The notes under the pieces are model-generated. The model worked only from the letters and a program-made list of their open reading frames with translations. It was not told where the DNA came from and searched no databases. Source: an uncultured Solirubrobacterales bacterium (GTDB lineage Bacteria > Actinomycetota > Thermoleophilia > Solirubrobacterales > Solirubrobacteraceae). Taken from it: a stretch of DNA of 64,000 bases. Made by a program: the position numbers and the translations under genes. This document shows positions 1-10,699 of the stretch, in pieces. The stretch spans positions 1,884,446 through 1,948,445 of the forward strand of contig OY969574.1 of the NCBI GenBank assembly GCA_963701195.1, given 5' to 3'. Numbering within the stretch: the first letter of the stretch is position 1; each line of letters begins with the position of its first letter.

Positions 1-2
1 AC

Positions 3-1037
3 GTGGCGCGCATCGCGGGACGCCTGGGGGAGCTGCGGCTGGACACCGACCTGGACATCGCGCACGGGGTGGTGCGCTACCTGGAGCTGATCAAGCTCGC
101 AGCACTGACCGAGCGCCAGCCGCAGCACGAGGCGCAGGAGACGCTGGGAGACCTCAACGCGAGGCTGCTGGCGGCGGTGACGCCGCTGCAGCGGGAGATC
201 TTTGAAAGTTCGCCGCTGGACGCGCTGCTGCAGGGCACGGCGGCGAGCGCTCCGCAGCAGCGCGCGCGGGCGCTGGCGATCCGCGGGGAGCCTTCGCTGG
301 AGGCGTTCCTGCCACGCCACGGCGAGGGCTTGGCGCTGTCGGCGTCGGACGTGGTGACCTACAGGGGCTGCCCGCTGCGCTACAAGTTCGCGCGGGTGCT
401 GCGGATCCCGACCGAACAGACGCTGAACCAGCGTTTCGGGATCGTCGTGCACCAGGTGCTCGAGCGCTACCACAGCGCCGAGGAGCAGACGCTGGGGCTG
501 ATGATGGAGCTGCTGGACGCCGCGTGGCGGCGCGCAGGCATCGGCGAGGGCGAGCAGGAGCGCAGGTTGCGGGTGATGGCGCGCGCGGCGCTGGTGCGCT
601 ACCACGAGCGTCTGCGCGAGGAGAGCGCGCGGCCGCTGTGGTTCGAGCGCTCGTTCTCCTTCACGCTCGGCCCCCACCGGGTGCGCGGACGGGTCGACCG
701 TGTGGACGTGCTGGCCGACGGCAGCTACGAGCTGATCGACTACAAGACGGGCCCCGCGCGCACCGCGGCGGAGCTGCAAGACGACATCCAGCTGTCGCTG
801 TACGCGATCGCGGCGCGCGAGGCATGGCAGCTGGAGAGCGCCCGCCAGGCCTACTACTACCTGCTCGACGACCGCCGCGTGGAGGTGCCGCGGGGGCAGG
901 ACGGCGAGGAGTGGGTACGCGAGGCGGTGCTGGCGGTCGGCGAGGGGATCCTCGCGCAGGACTTCGAGCCGACGCCCTCGCCGAGCGTGTGCGCGTTGTG
1001 CGACTACCGCATCGTGTGCCCCGCAGCCGAGTGCTGA
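3..1037 (+). CDS. C-terminal part of a PD-(D/E)XK nuclease with a 4-Cys Fe-S staple (AddB/AdnB-like helicase-nuclease tail); 5' end outside the window
   Basis: GRVDRVD...LIDYKTG nuclease motif; Cys in YRGCPLRYKF plus C-terminal CALCDYRIVC. Confidence 0.8.
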   Translation: MARIAGRLGELRLDTDLDIAHGVVRYLELIKLAALTERQPQHEAQETLGDLNARLLAAVTPLQREIFESSPLDALLQGTAASAPQQRARALAIRGEPSLEAFLPRHGEGLALSASDVVTYRGCPLRYKFARVLRIPTEQTLNQRFGIVVHQVLERYHSAEEQTLGLMMELLDAAWRRAGIGEGEQERRLRVMARAALVRYHERLREESARPLWFERSFSFTLGPHRVRGRVDRVDVLADGSYELIDYKTGPARTAAELQDDIQLSLYAIAAREAWQLESARQAYYYLLDDRRVEVPRGQDGEEWVREAVLAVGEGILAQDFEPTPSPSVCALCDYRIVCPAAEC

Positions 1038-1065
1038 GCCCCGAGCGTCTGCGAGAATAGGGGCG

Positions 1066-2238
1066 ATGCCCACACGCGAGCAGATCGAGAAGGCCCTCGA
1101 GGCGGTGATCGACCCGGAGCTGCGGCGTTCGATCGTCGAGCTGGAGATGGTCAGGTCGATCGAGATCGGCGCCAGCGGCGTGGTCGACGTGACGGTGTCG
1201 CTGACGACCGCGGGCTGCCCGATCCGCGGCCACTTCCAGACCGCTGTGGCGCAGGCCGTCACGGCGCTCGAGGGCGTGAGCCACGTGAACGTCTTCTTCG
1301 ACGTGCTCAGCAGCGAGGAGAAGGCCGCGCTGCAGCGCAAGCTGGGCCGCGTCGCGCTGCCCGAGGGCGCGTTGGCGCAGGTCGCGAACGTGATCTGCGT
1401 CGGCTCTGGCAAGGGCGGCGTGGGCAAGTCGACGCTGACGGCGAACCTCGCGGCGGCGCTGGCGGGCGAAGGCAAGCGCGCGGGGGTGCTCGACGCGGAC
1501 GTGTGGGGCTATTCGATCCCGCGGATGTACGGGCTGGGCGCGACGCGCCCGCCTGTGTCTGCACAGCGCAAAATCGTGCCGCTGGAGGCGCACGGCGTGA
1601 AGGTGATGTCGATCGGCTTCTTCGTCGAGGAGGACGCCGCGGTGGTGTGGCGCGGGCCGATGCTGCACAAGGCGCTGACCCAGTTCCTGCAGGACGTCGA
1701 ATGGGGGTCGCTGGACTACCTGCTGATCGATCTGCCGCCGGGCACGGGCGACGTCGCGATGACGCTCGCACAGCTGCTGCCGCAGGCGCGCTTTGCGCTC
1801 GTCACGACCCCGCAGCCGACCGCGCAGAAGGTGGCGCGGCGCTCGGCGCAGATGGCGGGCAAGTTCTCGCTGGAGATCGTCGGCGTGATCGAGAACATGT
1901 CCGGCTTCACGACGCCGACCGGGGAGCGCTACGCGCTGTTCGGAGAGGGCGGCGGACAGGCTTTGGCGGACGAGATCGACGTGCCGCTGCTGGGCAAGGT
2001 GCCGCTGACCATGCCGCTGCGCGAACACGCCGACGCGGGGGTGCCGCTGGTGCTCGAGAACCCCGACGACCCCGCGGCCCAGGCGATCCGCTCGGTCGTA
2101 CGCGGGCTGATCGCGGCGACGCCGCTGGAGCTGCCGCTGATGCAGGCCGAGCCGGCGTTGGCGGTGAACGGCGCTACAGCGCAGCCCGAGTCGCCAGCCA
2201 GCCCGAAGCCGGCGGGCATGTCGCTGCCGATGGCCTGA
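1066..2238 (+). CDS. apbC: Mrp/NBP35 (ApbC) Fe-S cluster carrier ATPase with N-terminal DUF59/FSCA domain
   Basis: VIDPEL..SIVEL N-terminus, GSGKGGVGKST Walker A, LDADVWG, VWRGPM, DLPPGTGD. Confidence 0.93.
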   Translation: MPTREQIEKALEAVIDPELRRSIVELEMVRSIEIGASGVVDVTVSLTTAGCPIRGHFQTAVAQAVTALEGVSHVNVFFDVLSSEEKAALQRKLGRVALPEGALAQVANVICVGSGKGGVGKSTLTANLAAALAGEGKRAGVLDADVWGYSIPRMYGLGATRPPVSAQRKIVPLEAHGVKVMSIGFFVEEDAAVVWRGPMLHKALTQFLQDVEWGSLDYLLIDLPPGTGDVAMTLAQLLPQARFALVTTPQPTAQKVARRSAQMAGKFSLEIVGVIENMSGFTTPTGERYALFGEGGGQALADEIDVPLLGKVPLTMPLREHADAGVPLVLENPDDPAAQAIRSVVRGLIAATPLELPLMQAEPALAVNGATAQPESPASPKPAGMSLPMA

Positions 2239-2366
2239 ACACATGTTTCTAGGGAAATCGCCGGCGCCGCGTCGGGCGATCCCCACAGAAGTGGCCTGCT
2301 TGCAGGCAGATTAATCGCACCGAAGCGTACCGCGCGCGCCGCATAGACGGCCTGCGTGAAACGCGC

Positions 2367-4682
2367 TTGACGCGGTTCGGGGGCCCGTCGAGCATGTGCG
2401 GCATTCCACTATCCGAGCGAAGCCGGGAATCTCGCCGCCGCAGCTGGACGGTGCGGGCCGCGCTGGTCGTGGGCTTGGCGGCGATCGGGGTGGCACTGGC
2501 GCTGACGCTCGCCCGCTCGCCGCTGGTGGTGGGCGGCACGAACTCGATCGCGGTCAGCAACGCCGTCGCGGCGACCGACGGCGGGGTGAGCGCCTGCCAG
2601 GAAAACGAAACGGTGCCCGCAGGCACAACGGCGCTGCGGCTGTGGCTGCAGGGGAACATCAAACCGCGCGTGCGGCTGAGCGTGCTCGCCGGCTCGCAGA
2701 CGGTGGCCTCGGGCGTACAGGAAGGCAGCCAAGAGGGGAAAGTGATGACGATCCCCGTCGGGCGCGTGGGGCACACGGTGCGGCACGCACGCGTGTGCTT
2801 TGCGATCGCCCGCGCCGTCCAGCAAGTCGAGCTGCTGGGCGGACCGGTGCCACACCCGGCGCGCGGGGAAGCAAGCGAAAAGATGCGGATCGAATACCTG
2901 CGCCCCGGTCGGCGCTCGTGGTGGTCGCTGATCGGCTCGGTGGCGCAGCACCTGGGTCTGGGGCGCGCCTCGGAAGGCAGTGCAACGGCGCTGGTACCGC
3001 TGATCCTGATGACGCTGGCGGTGCTGCTGGTGTCGCGCACGATCCTCCTCCAGCTGGCAGGCGAGCGACGCGAGGCGCCGCCGCCGATCGCGGGCGCGCA
3101 GAGCGGCCCGCCGCAGACCGAGAAGCAGCTCCGCCAGGAGCAGCCCCGCTCGGTGGCGGCACGAACAAAGCCCGGCGCCACCGCGCGCCCGCGCGCCCGC
3201 GCGCAACCCTCCACAGCTGGGAGCCGGCTCCGGGCTGCCGCGCAGCGGGTGCCGGGGCCAGCTTGGATGTGTGCGTGCGTGGCTGTGCTGAGCGCCGTGA
3301 GCTGGTCGATCGTGACGCCCCCGTTTCAGGCCCCAGACGAGCCCTCGCACTTCTCCTACGCGCAGATCCTGGCCGAAACGGGCACGCTGCCGCGCTCGCA
3401 GCTGGACCCGTACTCGCTGCAGGAGACAACCGTGCTGGCGGACCTAGACCACGAAGCGGTGCGCTTCAACCAAGCGGTGGGAACGATCTCCACTCCCGCC
3501 CAGCAGCGCCGCCTGCAGCGCGACCTGCGCCTGCCCCTTTCGCGGGTGGGCACGGGCGCAGGCGTGGCGACGTCCCAGCCGCCGCTCTACTACGCGCTCG
3601 AGACGATCCCGTACTACCTGGGTTCGGGCGGCACGCTGCTCGATCAGCTCGAGCTGATGCGGCTGCTGAGCGCGCTGCTGGCAGGGATCGCAGCGATCTT
3701 CGTGTTCCTGTTCCTGCGCGAGGCGCTGCCGACGACACCGTATGCGTGGACGGTCGGCGGCCTGTGCACGGCGCTGGCGCCGCTGGTCGGGTTCATCTCG
3801 GGCGTCGTCAACCCCGACTCGCTGCTGTGCGCGGTGGCGGCGGCGTTGTTCTACTGCCTGGCGCGCGCGTTCAGGCGCGGCCTGACGCTCGGCCGGGCGT
3901 GCGCGATCGGGCTGGTGATGGCGGTTGGCTTCATGAGCAAGCTGAACTTCATCGGCCTGGCGCCTGGCGTGCTGCTGGCGCTGGTGCTGTTGGCGCGGCG
4001 CGCGGCGGGCACCTCGGGTGGCTCGGCCTACCGCTGGCTGGCGGTGGGCGTCGCGATCGGGCTGGCGCCCGGCTACCTGTACGCGGCAGCCAACGCGCTG
4101 TCGGGCCACGCCGCGTTCGGGCTGCTTTCGGCGGGCATCAGCGGCACGACCTCTCACAAAGGCTCGCTGTGGCAGGAGGTGAGCTACATATGGGAGTTCT
4201 ACCTGCCACGGCTGCCGGGGATGCAAGCCTTCTTCCCGGGCGTATCGTCGCTGCGCCAGGTGTGGTTCGACAAGGCGGTGGGGCTGTATGGCTGGCTGGA
4301 CACCTACTTCCCGCTGTGGGTCTACACCGCCGCGCTGGTGCCCGCAGGGCTCCTCGCAGCGCTGTGCGGGCGCGAGCTGGTGCGCGAGCGCGACGCGCTG
4401 CGCGCGCGCGCCGGCGAGCTGACCTCCTACGGAGCGATCGTCGCGGGCATGCTCTTGCTGTTCGGCACCGACTCCTACCTCGAAGTGCCTGCCTTCACCG
4501 GCGCGTACGCCGAACCGCGCTACCTGCTGCCGCTGGCCGCGCTGTTCGCGGCGGTCTGCGCGCTGGCCGCACGCGGCGCGGGCCGACGCTGGGGCCCGGC
4601 ACTCGGCACGCTGCTGGTGCTGCTGATCCTCGCGCACGACATCTTCAGCCAGCTGCTTGTCATCGGGCGCTTCTACGCCTGA
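2367..4682 (+). CDS. DUF2142-type multi-TM membrane protein (GT-C glycosyltransferase-like) with an extracellular N-terminal domain; start may be ATG 2394
   Basis: PFQAPDEPSHFSY motif, QPPLYY, VNPDSL, many hydrophobic segments, EPRYLLP. Confidence 0.7.
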   Translation: MTRFGGPSSMCGIPLSERSRESRRRSWTVRAALVVGLAAIGVALALTLARSPLVVGGTNSIAVSNAVAATDGGVSACQENETVPAGTTALRLWLQGNIKPRVRLSVLAGSQTVASGVQEGSQEGKVMTIPVGRVGHTVRHARVCFAIARAVQQVELLGGPVPHPARGEASEKMRIEYLRPGRRSWWSLIGSVAQHLGLGRASEGSATALVPLILMTLAVLLVSRTILLQLAGERREAPPPIAGAQSGPPQTEKQLRQEQPRSVAARTKPGATARPRARAQPSTAGSRLRAAAQRVPGPAWMCACVAVLSAVSWSIVTPPFQAPDEPSHFSYAQILAETGTLPRSQLDPYSLQETTVLADLDHEAVRFNQAVGTISTPAQQRRLQRDLRLPLSRVGTGAGVATSQPPLYYALETIPYYLGSGGTLLDQLELMRLLSALLAGIAAIFVFLFLREALPTTPYAWTVGGLCTALAPLVGFISGVVNPDSLLCAVAAALFYCLARAFRRGLTLGRACAIGLVMAVGFMSKLNFIGLAPGVLLALVLLARRAAGTSGGSAYRWLAVGVAIGLAPGYLYAAANALSGHAAFGLLSAGISGTTSHKGSLWQEVSYIWEFYLPRLPGMQAFFPGVSSLRQVWFDKAVGLYGWLDTYFPLWVYTAALVPAGLLAALCGRELVRERDALRARAGELTSYGAIVAGMLLLFGTDSYLEVPAFTGAYAEPRYLLPLAALFAAVCALAARGAGRRWGPALGTLLVLLILAHDIFSQLLVIGRFYA

Positions 4683-4685
4683 AAA

Positions 4686-4952
4686 TCAGCGGCTGTTGGC
4701 GAAGTACTCGGCGTTGATTTGCGAGAACTTCTGCCACTCCTCGGGCAGCTGGTCCTCGGCGAAGCAGGCATCGACGGGGCAGGCCTCCACACAGGCGTCG
4801 CAGTCGATGCACTCCTCGGGGTCGATGTAGAGCATCTCGGCGGCGTCATAGCCGGGCTCGTCCGGCGTGGGATGGATGCAGTCGACGGGGCAGACCTCGA
4901 CACAGGAGTTGTCCTTGGTGCCGATGCACGGCTCGGCGATCACGTAGGCCAT
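4686..4952 (-). CDS. fdxA: FdxA-type 7Fe/8Fe ferredoxin (88 aa)
   Basis: MAYVIAEPCIGTKDNSCVEVCPVDCIH...YIDPEECIDCDACVEACPV; start reassigned to ATG at 4952. Confidence 0.95.
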   Translation of the reverse strand: MAYVIAEPCIGTKDNSCVEVCPVDCIHPTPDEPGYDAAEMLYIDPEECIDCDACVEACPVDACFAEDQLPEEWQKFSQINAEYFANSR

Positions 4953-5031
4953 TCGCTTCCTTCTGGTCGTTTGCGGGAGTTCAGAGGAGAGGAGCGCGCA
5001 TTTTACGAAGTCTTCGCTAGCTTGTCGGTCG

Positions 5032-5916
5032 ATGCTGCTGCTGACCGGCGCAACGGGCGTGGTGGGCTCGGCGCTCCTGGAGCGCCTGCTGGCGCAGGGC
5101 ACTCCGGTGCGCTGCCTGGTGCGCGACCCGCGGCGGCTGGGGCCGCGGCGGGTACGGGTGCAGATCGCGCTCGGCGATCTCGCGGACCCGCCGTCGTTTC
5201 GCAACGCAATGCGCGGGGTGAGCACGGTGGTGCACCTGGCGGCCTCGATCCGCGATCAGCGGCAGGGGTCGATCGAGGAGCTGGACGGGATCGCCACGTG
5301 GCGCATGGTGCAGGCGGCCGAGCGCGCCGGGGTCGAGCGGTTCGTCTTCTGCTCGGCGATCGGCGCCGCCGCGCACCACCGCTCGCGCTTCCTTCGCGCG
5401 AAGGCGCTCGCCGAGCAGGCGGTGCGCGAGGCGCAGCTGCAGACGGTCGTGCTGGCGCCTTCGATCGTCTACGCGCCGGGCGACCGCTGGCTGACGTTGC
5501 TCGAACGTCTGGCGCTGCTGCCGGCGATGCCCGTCTCCGGGCGCGGGCGCGCGCTCTACCAGCCGATCTGGGCCGAGGACGTCGCGGACTGCCTGCTGGG
5601 CGCGCTGCGCTCAGGAACAGGCGCGAGCACACAGCGCTTCGAGCTGGCGGGCCCGCAGACGCTCAGCCACACGGACATCGTGCGGCTGGTGCTGCGCTCG
5701 CTGGGACGCCGGCGGGCGCTGGTCCACGTGCCCGCCCCGGTCGTCTTTCGCATCCTGCGCCTGCTGGAGAGCGTGGCGGGATCGCGCACCTTTGCGACGT
5801 GGGACGAAGCGGAGCTGATGGAGATCCCGATGGTCTCGGCCCGGGGCACCGCCGACGCCGAGCGTCTCGGCGTGCAGCCACAGCCGATGAGCGCGGTGCT
5901 GGCCGCCCTCGGTTGA
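5032..5916 (+). CDS. NAD(P)-dependent epimerase/dehydratase (atypical SDR, NDUFA9-like)
   Basis: LTGATGVVG Rossmann motif, VVHLAA, PSIVY, QPIWAEDVA. Confidence 0.88.
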   Translation: MLLLTGATGVVGSALLERLLAQGTPVRCLVRDPRRLGPRRVRVQIALGDLADPPSFRNAMRGVSTVVHLAASIRDQRQGSIEELDGIATWRMVQAAERAGVERFVFCSAIGAAAHHRSRFLRAKALAEQAVREAQLQTVVLAPSIVYAPGDRWLTLLERLALLPAMPVSGRGRALYQPIWAEDVADCLLGALRSGTGASTQRFELAGPQTLSHTDIVRLVLRSLGRRRALVHVPAPVVFRILRLLESVAGSRTFATWDEAELMEIPMVSARGTADAERLGVQPQPMSAVLAALG

Positions 5917-5941
5917 GAGCGGCCCCGCGAACGGCAGCCAG

Positions 5942-6114
5942 CACCTCACAGAGGAGGGGCGACACCTCACAAGGCGGCCGGCACCTCACACGGCAGCCGA
6001 CACCTCACACGGCAGCCGACACCTCACACGGCAGCCGTCACCTCACACGGCAGCCGTCACCTCACACGGCAGCCGTCACCTCACACGGCGGCCGTCACCT
6101 CACACGGCGGCCGG
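5942..6114. repeat. Intergenic minisatellite, about 9 copies of the 19-bp unit CACCTCACACGGC(A/G)GCCG(A/T/G)
   Basis: Units start at 5942 (21 bp), 5963, 5982, 6001, 6020, 6039, 6058, 6077 and 6096; lies between convergent genes. Confidence 0.95.
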
Positions 6115-6136
6115 CAGCTTGCACGCGGCCAGCAGC

Positions 6137-7582
6137 TCAAGCCGCGGCCAGCGCCGGGCGCCGCTGCGCCCACGGGCGAGCCTCTTCGAGCTGGGTGGCG
6201 AGCGCCAGCAGCGTGTCCTCGCGCGCGGGCGCCGCGGCGAGCTGCACGGCCAGTGGCAGCCCGTCCTCGCCCTGGAAGAGCGGCAGCGAGATCGCGGGCT
6301 GGCCGCTGGCGTTGAAGATCGGCGTAAACGGTGTGTAGAGGCCGGCGCGCGTGAACGCCTCGAACGGGTTGGACGCGTAGGGGTCGAGCGTGCCCAGCAT
6401 CAGCGGCCGCTCGGCGAGCGCGGGCGTGAGCAGCGCGTCGTAGGGCTCGAGGAACTCGACGAGCTGGCGCGTGAAGGCCTGCAGGCGCACGGTCGCGCCA
6501 AAGCCCTCGACCGCGTTCAGTTTGCCCACCATCGAGTAGATCGCCCAGCTCAACGGCTCCATGTCCTCTTCTGAGATCCCACCCGCCCCGCGCCCGGCGA
6601 CGATGCCCGAGAACGCGATCGAGAGACCGACGTGCGTGCAGAAGACGGCGCTGAACAGCTCGGTGATGCCGTCGACTTGCCACGGCGGATCGACCTCCTG
6701 CACGTCGTGGCCGAGTTCGCGCAGCAGGCCGGCGGCGTCCTGGACTGCCCGCGCACACTGCGGGTCGACGGCAGCCTCGGCGAGCGGGGGCAGCGTGGTG
6801 AGAGCGATCCGCAGGCGCTCTGGCACAGCGGCGGCCGCGGCGGCGAACGAGCGCGCCGGCGGCGGCGCCCAGCTGGCGTCGCCGACCTCGTAGCCGGCGA
6901 GCACGTCGAGGATCGCGGCGGTGTCGGCGACGGTGCGGCTGAGCACGCCGTCGATCCCCAGCAGCGACTCGCCCAGTTCGGGGGCGGCGGAGATGCGGCC
7001 GCGCTGGGGCTTGAGCCCGACCAGGCCGCAGCAGGCGGCGGGGATGCGGATCGAGCCGCCGCCGTCGTTGCCGTGCGCGACGGGCACCATGCCGGCGGCG
7101 ACCGCGGCGGCGGCGCCGCCGGAGGAGCCCCCGGGCGAGCGCTGCACGTCCCACGGGTTGCGCGTAGGACCGAACAGGCGCGTCTCGGTGGTCGGCAGGA
7201 TGCCGTACTCGGGCAGCGTCGTCGAGCCGACGACGACGAAGCCGGCGTCGCGCAGGCGCCGGGTGACGTTGTGGTCGTAGTCGGCGGTGAAGTCCTTCAG
7301 CAGCGGGCAGCCGTAGGTCAGCCGCAGGCCGCTGACGGGCCGGTTGTTCTTGATCGCGATCGGAACGCCCGCGAAGGGGCGCTCGTCACCCGGGCCGATC
7401 GCGCGTGCCGCATCCAGCGCGCGCTCGCCGTCGATGTCGACGAACGCGTTCAGGCGCGGGTTGAACTCCTCGATGCGCTCGAGCGAGGTCTGCACAAGCT
7501 CGCTGGCGGAAATCTCACCCGAGCGGACCATGCCGGCCAGCTCCAGCGCGGGACGGAACATCAGCTGATCGCGATCGGACAC
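6137..7582 (-). CDS. Amidase-signature family amidase
   Basis: [47 protein letters not shown]. Confidence 0.93.
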   Translation of the reverse strand: MSDRDQLMFRPALELAGMVRSGEISASELVQTSLERIEEFNPRLNAFVDIDGERALDAARAIGPGDERPFAGVPIAIKNNRPVSGLRLTYGCPLLKDFTADYDHNVTRRLRDAGFVVVGSTTLPEYGILPTTETRLFGPTRNPWDVQRSPGGSSGGAAAAVAAGMVPVAHGNDGGGSIRIPAACCGLVGLKPQRGRISAAPELGESLLGIDGVLSRTVADTAAILDVLAGYEVGDASWAPPPARSFAAAAAAVPERLRIALTTLPPLAEAAVDPQCARAVQDAAGLLRELGHDVQEVDPPWQVDGITELFSAVFCTHVGLSIAFSGIVAGRGAGGISEEDMEPLSWAIYSMVGKLNAVEGFGATVRLQAFTRQLVEFLEPYDALLTPALAERPLMLGTLDPYASNPFEAFTRAGLYTPFTPIFNASGQPAISLPLFQGEDGLPLAVQLAAAPAREDTLLALATQLEEARPWAQRRPALAAA

Positions 7583-7680
7583 CCCGGTCTCCTCCTCCTC
7601 GGCGACGGAACTCCGCCATCATATGTGCGCCGCTCAGAAGGCGGCCATACCCTCAGCAACGAGCCCAGAAAGCGAGTGCC

Positions 7681-8781
7681 ATGAGCGCGGTTACACAGAC
7701 ATCGGACGAGGTTCAGTCGGGCCTCGAAGGCGTCGTCGCCTTCGCCACCGAGATCGCCGAGCCGGACAAAGCCGGTGGCGCGCTGCGCTATCGCGGCGTC
7801 GACATCGAGGAACTGGTCGGCGCGGTGCCCTACGAGCAGGTGTGGGGCCTCTTGGTGGACGGTCACTTCAAACCGGGGTTGCCACCCGCCGAACCGCACA
7901 TGCTGACGGTGAGATCGGGCGATCCGCGCGTGGACGTGCAGTCGGCGCTGGCGATGCTCGCGCCGGAGTGGGGCTTCGGCCAGCTGATCGACCTCTCCGA
8001 CGAGCAGGCCCGCGACAACCTGGCGCGCGCCTCGGTGATGGCGCTGTCGTTCGTGGCGCAGTCCGCGCGTGGCACCGGCCAGCCGCCGGTTCCCCAGACG
8101 GAGGTCGATCGCGGTGGGACGATCCCCGAGCGCTTCCTGATCCGTTGGCGCGGCGAGGCAAACCCCGATCACGTCAGGGCGATCGACGCCTACTGGGTCT
8201 CGGCGGCGGAGCACGGGGTCAACGCCTCGACCTTTACGGCGCGCGTCGTGGCCTCGACCGGCGCGGACGTCGCCGCGGCGCTCTCGGCCGCGGTCGGCGC
8301 GCTCTCGGGGCCGCTGCACGGCGGTGCGCCCTCGCGCGTGCTGAAGATGCTCGACGAAGTGCAGCGGACCGGGAACGCCGAGGCCTGGGTCAAGGACGCG
8401 ATGGACCGCGGCGAGCGCCTGATGGGCTTCGGGCACCGCATCTACCGCGCCGAAGACCCGCGCGCGCGGGTGCTGCGGCGCACCTGCCGCGAACTGGGCT
8501 CGCCGCGTTTCGAGGTCGCCGAGGCGCTCGAGCAGGCGGCGCTGGCGGAGCTGCAGGCACGCAAGCCCGACCGCGTGCTGGCGACCAACGTCGAGTTCTG
8601 GTCGGCGGTCGTGCTCGACCTGGCAGAAGTGCCCGCGGAGCTGTTCACGTCGATGTTCACGTGTGCGCGCGTGGCGGGCTGGTCGGCGCACATCCTCGAG
8701 CAGAAGCGCGAGGCGAAGCTGATCAGACCGACCGCCAAGTACGTGGGCGAGCCCTCGCGCCCGATCGCGGGCGTCGTGTAG
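7681..8781 (+). CDS. citA: Citrate synthase 2 (short actinobacterial type)
   Basis: AEHGVNASTF, GPLHGGA, LMGFGHRIY..EDPR, NVEFW, RVAGWSAH. Confidence 0.93.
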   Translation: MSAVTQTSDEVQSGLEGVVAFATEIAEPDKAGGALRYRGVDIEELVGAVPYEQVWGLLVDGHFKPGLPPAEPHMLTVRSGDPRVDVQSALAMLAPEWGFGQLIDLSDEQARDNLARASVMALSFVAQSARGTGQPPVPQTEVDRGGTIPERFLIRWRGEANPDHVRAIDAYWVSAAEHGVNASTFTARVVASTGADVAAALSAAVGALSGPLHGGAPSRVLKMLDEVQRTGNAEAWVKDAMDRGERLMGFGHRIYRAEDPRARVLRRTCRELGSPRFEVAEALEQAALAELQARKPDRVLATNVEFWSAVVLDLAEVPAELFTSMFTCARVAGWSAHILEQKREAKLIRPTAKYVGEPSRPIAGVV

Positions 8782-8785
8782 CACC

Positions 8786-10699
8786 TCAACGACCGCCATC
8801 GAACGATATGTCGCTGACGAGCAGCGCCGTCCGCAGTTCGGGGTGGCTGAGATCGGGCAGCGCCAGCGTGCGGGCAATCGGCGCCAACTGGAAGCGGTTG
8901 ACGCCGGCGTGCACCGGTAGCGCGACTTGCAGCCGGGTTCCGCGCGCGGGCACCTGGTAGTTCAGCGGCTCGTGCGCGCCTGCCCGCAGGGCGACGCCCG
9001 CCGAGCCGACCCCGTACTGCAGGCGCGATGTTTCGTCATCGACGATGCCGGGCTCGATCGTCATCGCAAGCGTCACGGTGCGAGCGCCGGGGGAGGCGAC
9101 GACGAAGCTCGCGTTCTGGCCGCCCGCGAGCCAGAACTTCTCGATGTCGTCGTCGCCGAGCGTCGTGTAGCCGGGATGCAGCGATTCAAGAACGTTGGGC
9201 GTCTGCACTTCCGCGAGCACGGGTCCCCCGGCGGCCGCCGCGACCAGTGCCGACAGCGGCGAGCCGGCGTCCTGCAGCGTTTTCCAGGTCCCGGGGTGTT
9301 CCACGGCGAGAAAGTTGCCGTAGCCGACGAAGCTGACGGCGAAGCCCATCAGACAGCCCCACGCCACGAGCAGAGCGCCGGCCAGGCGCACCAGCCGGCG
9401 CCGACCCACACGCGTGTGATGAGAGACGGCGAGCCACGCAGCAAGCGAGCCGAGCAGCAGCGGCATCATGAAATCGACCTCGTAACGCTCGGTCGTACCG
9501 CGGATCAAGTAAGCCAGCAGCAACACGAGCACGACGCCCGCACCGGCGAGGGTGCTCAGCGTCGCGCCGAGCGCTCCCAGCCACGCCGGGCGGCGGCGCC
9601 AGATCCAGGGCAGGGCGGGCAGCATCAGGACGATCGGCGTCATCGCCAGCAAGCCGCCGGTGATGTCCACTTCGTTGTAGCCGGCGGGTGCGGCCAACGG
9701 ATAGGAGAGAGGCGGTGGCGTGAGGCTGACAAACGGGAACACGGCCAAAGGCCGGGGCGGAGAGAGCAGGTAGTACCAGGCTCCGGGCAACACGTAGCTG
9801 AGGCTGCTGAGGCGCACCGTCAGGGGGTCGTAGCCGGCGAGCTGGTGGCGCGCGCCGAATTCCAGCGGGTCGCCGAAGCGCGCCTGGTTGTAGGCCAGCA
9901 GCGCGAGCAGGCAGAGGCCGAAAGGCGCGCACAGGGCCAGCAGCTGACCGCGCCGCGGGCGGGTGCGGCGCAGCGAGAGGTAGAGCGGGACCAGCACCAC
10001 CGCGAGCACGGCGAGCGTCTGCCGCGAGCCCGCGGCCAGCCCGAAGCACAGGCTCGCCAGCGCCAGCCGTGTCAGCGACGCCCTGCCGGCGACCAGCGCG
10101 GCGACGGCGAGCCAGATGCCGGCCATCGCGAAGCAGAAGCCGGCCGAGATCGCGTCCTCTGTTTCCGACGGGGTGCGCAGCAGGAAGGGAACCGCCGAGC
10201 ACAGCGCGATTGCGCACGCCGCGAACAGCGCCATCCACAGCGGCGGGCCGCCGACCGCGCGGCAGATCAGCCGCAGCGTGCCGAGCGCGAAGCCGAGCCC
10301 GAGGATCGCGAAGCAGGGAACGGTGACGCTGCCCGACGGTTCGAGCCCGAACAGGTGAAACGGCACCAGGAACAGCAGCGCCGGCACCGGGCCCCACAGC
10401 AGGTAGAGCTGTCCGTGGTCGAGGACCTCGTCGTGCAGACCCTGCGCGACGATGTGCGAGTTCTGTGCCGGGTTGTACGGTTCCGAGAGGGCCAGCAGCG
10501 CGGCGGGGGCGTGTGCCAGCGCAAGTCGCAGGTGCAGGAAGGCGGTGGCCAGCAGGTTGTAACGATCGAGCCCGCCTTCGTCGAAAATTACCGGCAGCGA
10601 CGAGGCCGCGGTCCAAAAGTAGAACGCGGCGGCCAGCACGAACACCGCACCGAGCGCCACGCTGGTGCGGTCGGCGGCAGTGGCAAGCCGGCGCAGCAT
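8786..10699 (-). CDS. Multi-TM membrane protein, probable GT-C-fold glycosyltransferase
   Basis: YNLLATAF...PYNP...HD...GQLYLLWGPVPALL loop, many TM segments, ERYEVDF, extracellular C-terminal domain. Confidence 0.55.
   Translation of the reverse strand: MLRRLATAADRTSVALGAVFVLAAAFYFWTAASSLPVIFDEGGLDRYNLLATAFLHLRLALAHAPAALLALSEPYNPAQNSHIVAQGLHDEVLDHGQLYLLWGPVPALLFLVPFHLFGLEPSGSVTVPCFAILGLGFALGTLRLICRAVGGPPLWMALFAACAIALCSAVPFLLRTPSETEDAISAGFCFAMAGIWLAVAALVAGRASLTRLALASLCFGLAAGSRQTLAVLAVVLVPLYLSLRRTRPRRGQLLALCAPFGLCLLALLAYNQARFGDPLEFGARHQLAGYDPLTVRLSSLSYVLPGAWYYLLSPPRPLAVFPFVSLTPPPLSYPLAAPAGYNEVDITGGLLAMTPIVLMLPALPWIWRRRPAWLGALGATLSTLAGAGVVLVLLLAYLIRGTTERYEVDFMMPLLLGSLAAWLAVSHHTRVGRRRLVRLAGALLVAWGCLMGFAVSFVGYGNFLAVEHPGTWKTLQDAGSPLSALVAAAAGGPVLAEVQTPNVLESLHPGYTTLGDDDIEKFWLAGGQNASFVVASPGARTVTLAMTIEPGIVDDETSRLQYGVGSAGVALRAGAHEPLNYQVPARGTRLQVALPVHAGVNRFQLAPIARTLALPDLSHPELRTALLVSDISFDGGR

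Noticed and set aside
3-1037. Cas4
   Set aside because: It is the tail of a longer ORF running in from the window edge with a helicase-like helical region; no cas or CRISPR context
5942-6114. CRISPR array
   Set aside because: Units are contiguous with no unique spacers; no cas genes nearby
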